Positions 61,831-64,000 of a DNA stretch of 64,000 nucleotides are shown here, in pieces. Origin of the DNA: Eledone cirrhosa (lineage: Eukaryota); assembly GCA_964016885.1 (NCBI GenBank), contig OZ024743.1, positions 177,816,001-177,880,000 of the forward strand, written 5' to 3'. Position 1 is the stretch's first letter. The number at the start of each line of letters is the position of its first letter. The notes below the pieces were generated by a model. It saw only the letters and a list, made by a program, of their open reading frames with translations. It was not told where the DNA came from and ran no database searches. The position numbers and the translations under genes are program-made.

Positions 61831-64000
61831 TATCTATTATAACAGTTCCATCTATCTATTATAACAGTTCCATCTATCTATTATAACAGTTCCAACTATC
61901 TATTATAACAGTGTCATCTAGATATTATAACTGTTTCAACTATCTATTATAACAGTTCCAACTATCTATTATAACTGTTTCAACTATCTATTATAACAGT
62001 TCCAACTATCTATTATAACAGTTCCAACTATCTATTATAACAGTTCCAACTATCTATTATAACAGTTCCAACTATCTATTATAACAGTTCCATCTATCTA
62101 TTATAACTGTTTCAACTATCTATTATAACAGTTCCAACTATCTATTATAACTGTTTCAACTATCTATTATAACAGTTCCAACTATCTATTATAACAGTTC
62201 CAACTATCTATTATAACAGTTCCAACTATCTATTATAACAGTTCCAACTATCTATTATAACAGTTCCATCTATCTATTATAACTGTTTCAACTATCTATT
62301 ATAACAGTTCCAACTATCTATTATAACAGTTCCAACTATCTATTATAACAGTTCCAACTATCTATTATAACAGTTCCAACTATCTATTATAACAGTTCCA
62401 ACTATCTATTATAACAGTTCCAACTATCTATTATAACAGTTCCAACTATCTATTATAACAGTTCCATCTATCTATTATAACTGTTTCAACTATCTATTAT
62501 AACAGTTCCAACTATCTATTATAACAGTTCCAACTATCTATTATAACAGTTCCAACTATCTATTATAACAGTTCCATCTATCTATTATAACAGTTCCAAC
62601 TATCTATTATAACAGTTCCAACTATCTATTATAACAGTTCCATCTATCTATTATAACAGTTCCAACTATCTATTATAACAGTTCCATCTATCTATTATAA
62701 CAGTTCCATCTATCTATTATAACAGTTCCATCTATCTATTATAACAGTTCCAACTATCTATTATAACAGTTCCATCTATCTATTATAACAGTTCCATCTA
62801 TCTATTATAACAGTTTCAACTATCTATTATAACTGTTCCAACTATCTATTATAACAGTTCCAACTATCTATTATAACTGTTTCAGCTATCTATTATAACA
62901 GTTCCAACTATCTATTATAACAGTTCCAACTATCTATTATAACAGTTCCAACTATCTATTATAACAGTTTCAACTATCTATTATAACAGTTTCAACTATC
63001 TATTATAACTGTTCCAACTATCTATTATAACAGTTCCAGCTATCTATTATAACAGTTCCATCTATCTATTATAACAGTTCCAACTATCTATTATAACTGT
63101 TTCAGCTATCTATTATAACAGTGTCATCTATCTATTATAACTGTTCCAACTATCTATTATAACAGTTCCAACTATCTATTATAACTGTGTCATCTATCTA
63201 TTATAACAGTTCCAACTATCTATTATAACTGTTCCAACTATCTATTATAACTGTTTCAGCTATCTATTATAACAGTGTCATCTATCTATTATAACTGTTC
63301 CAACTATCTATTATAACACTTCCATCTATCTATTATAACTGTTTCATCTATCTATTATAACAGTTCCATCTATCTATTATAACTGTTTCATCTATCTATT
63401 ATAACAGTTCCATCTATCTATTATAACAGTTCCAGCTATCTATTATAACAGTTCCAACTATCTATTATAACAGTTCCAGCTATCTATTATAACAGTTCCA
63501 TCTATCTATTATAACAGTTCCATCTATCTATTATAACAGTATCATCTATCTATTATAACAGTGTCATCTATCTATTATAACAGTTCCAACTATCTATTAT
63601 AACAGTTTCAACTATCTATTATAACTGTTCCAACTATCTATTATAACTGTTTCATCTATCTATTATAACAGTTCCAACTATCTATTATAACAGTTCCAAC
63701 TATCTATTATAACAGTTTCAACTATCTATTATAACTGTTCCAACTATCTATTATAACAGTTCCAACTATCTATTATAACAGTTCCAACTATCTATTATAA
63801 CAGTTCCAGCTACCTATTATAACTGTTCCAACTATCTATTATAACTGTTTCATCTATCTATTATAACAGTTCCAACTATCTATTATAACAGTTCCATCTA
63901 TCTATTATAACTGTTTCATCTATCTATTATAACAGTTCCAACTACCTATTATAACAGTTCCAACTATCTATTATAACTGTTTCAACTATCTATTATAACA
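61831..64000. repeat. 22-bp satellite array, right block (at least 98 monomers, runs off window)
   Basis: Same core; dominated by TCCAAC/TCCATC and AACTGTTTCA variants. Confidence 0.99.

Noticed and set aside
36661-64000. CRISPR-like constant repeat with variable spacer
   Set aside because: The variable part is only 6 bp from a handful of recurring variants; no cas genes; eukaryotic context.

Overview
Eukaryotic, AT-rich, repeat-dominated genomic DNA. The SINE families and microsatellite load suggest an octopus/cephalopod, but that is an inference. No confident host gene, rRNA, tRNA or CRISPR array is present. Bases 1-36.6 kb are a mosaic of microsatellites, minisatellites, tRNA-derived SINEs, decayed LINEs (RTE, R4/Dong, CRE, CR1/L2-type), a non-autonomous Helitron, Penelope-like inverted repeats carrying four minimal hammerhead ribozymes, and a (TATG)n-associated non-coding retroposon with a conserved pseudoknot. 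From 36.66 kb to the end lies a 22-bp satellite array (16-bp constant core plus 6-bp variable segment) with kb-scale higher-order duplications. A full-length, almost intact Tx1-clade retrotransposon (56096-61830) interrupts the array. Its ORF1 and ORF2 share one reading frame, ORF2 has a single amber stop, and splice-site-like signals fall in the 5' UTR and at both ORF ends. Most short ORFs in the track are repeat artefacts. Boundaries of decayed elements are approximate.
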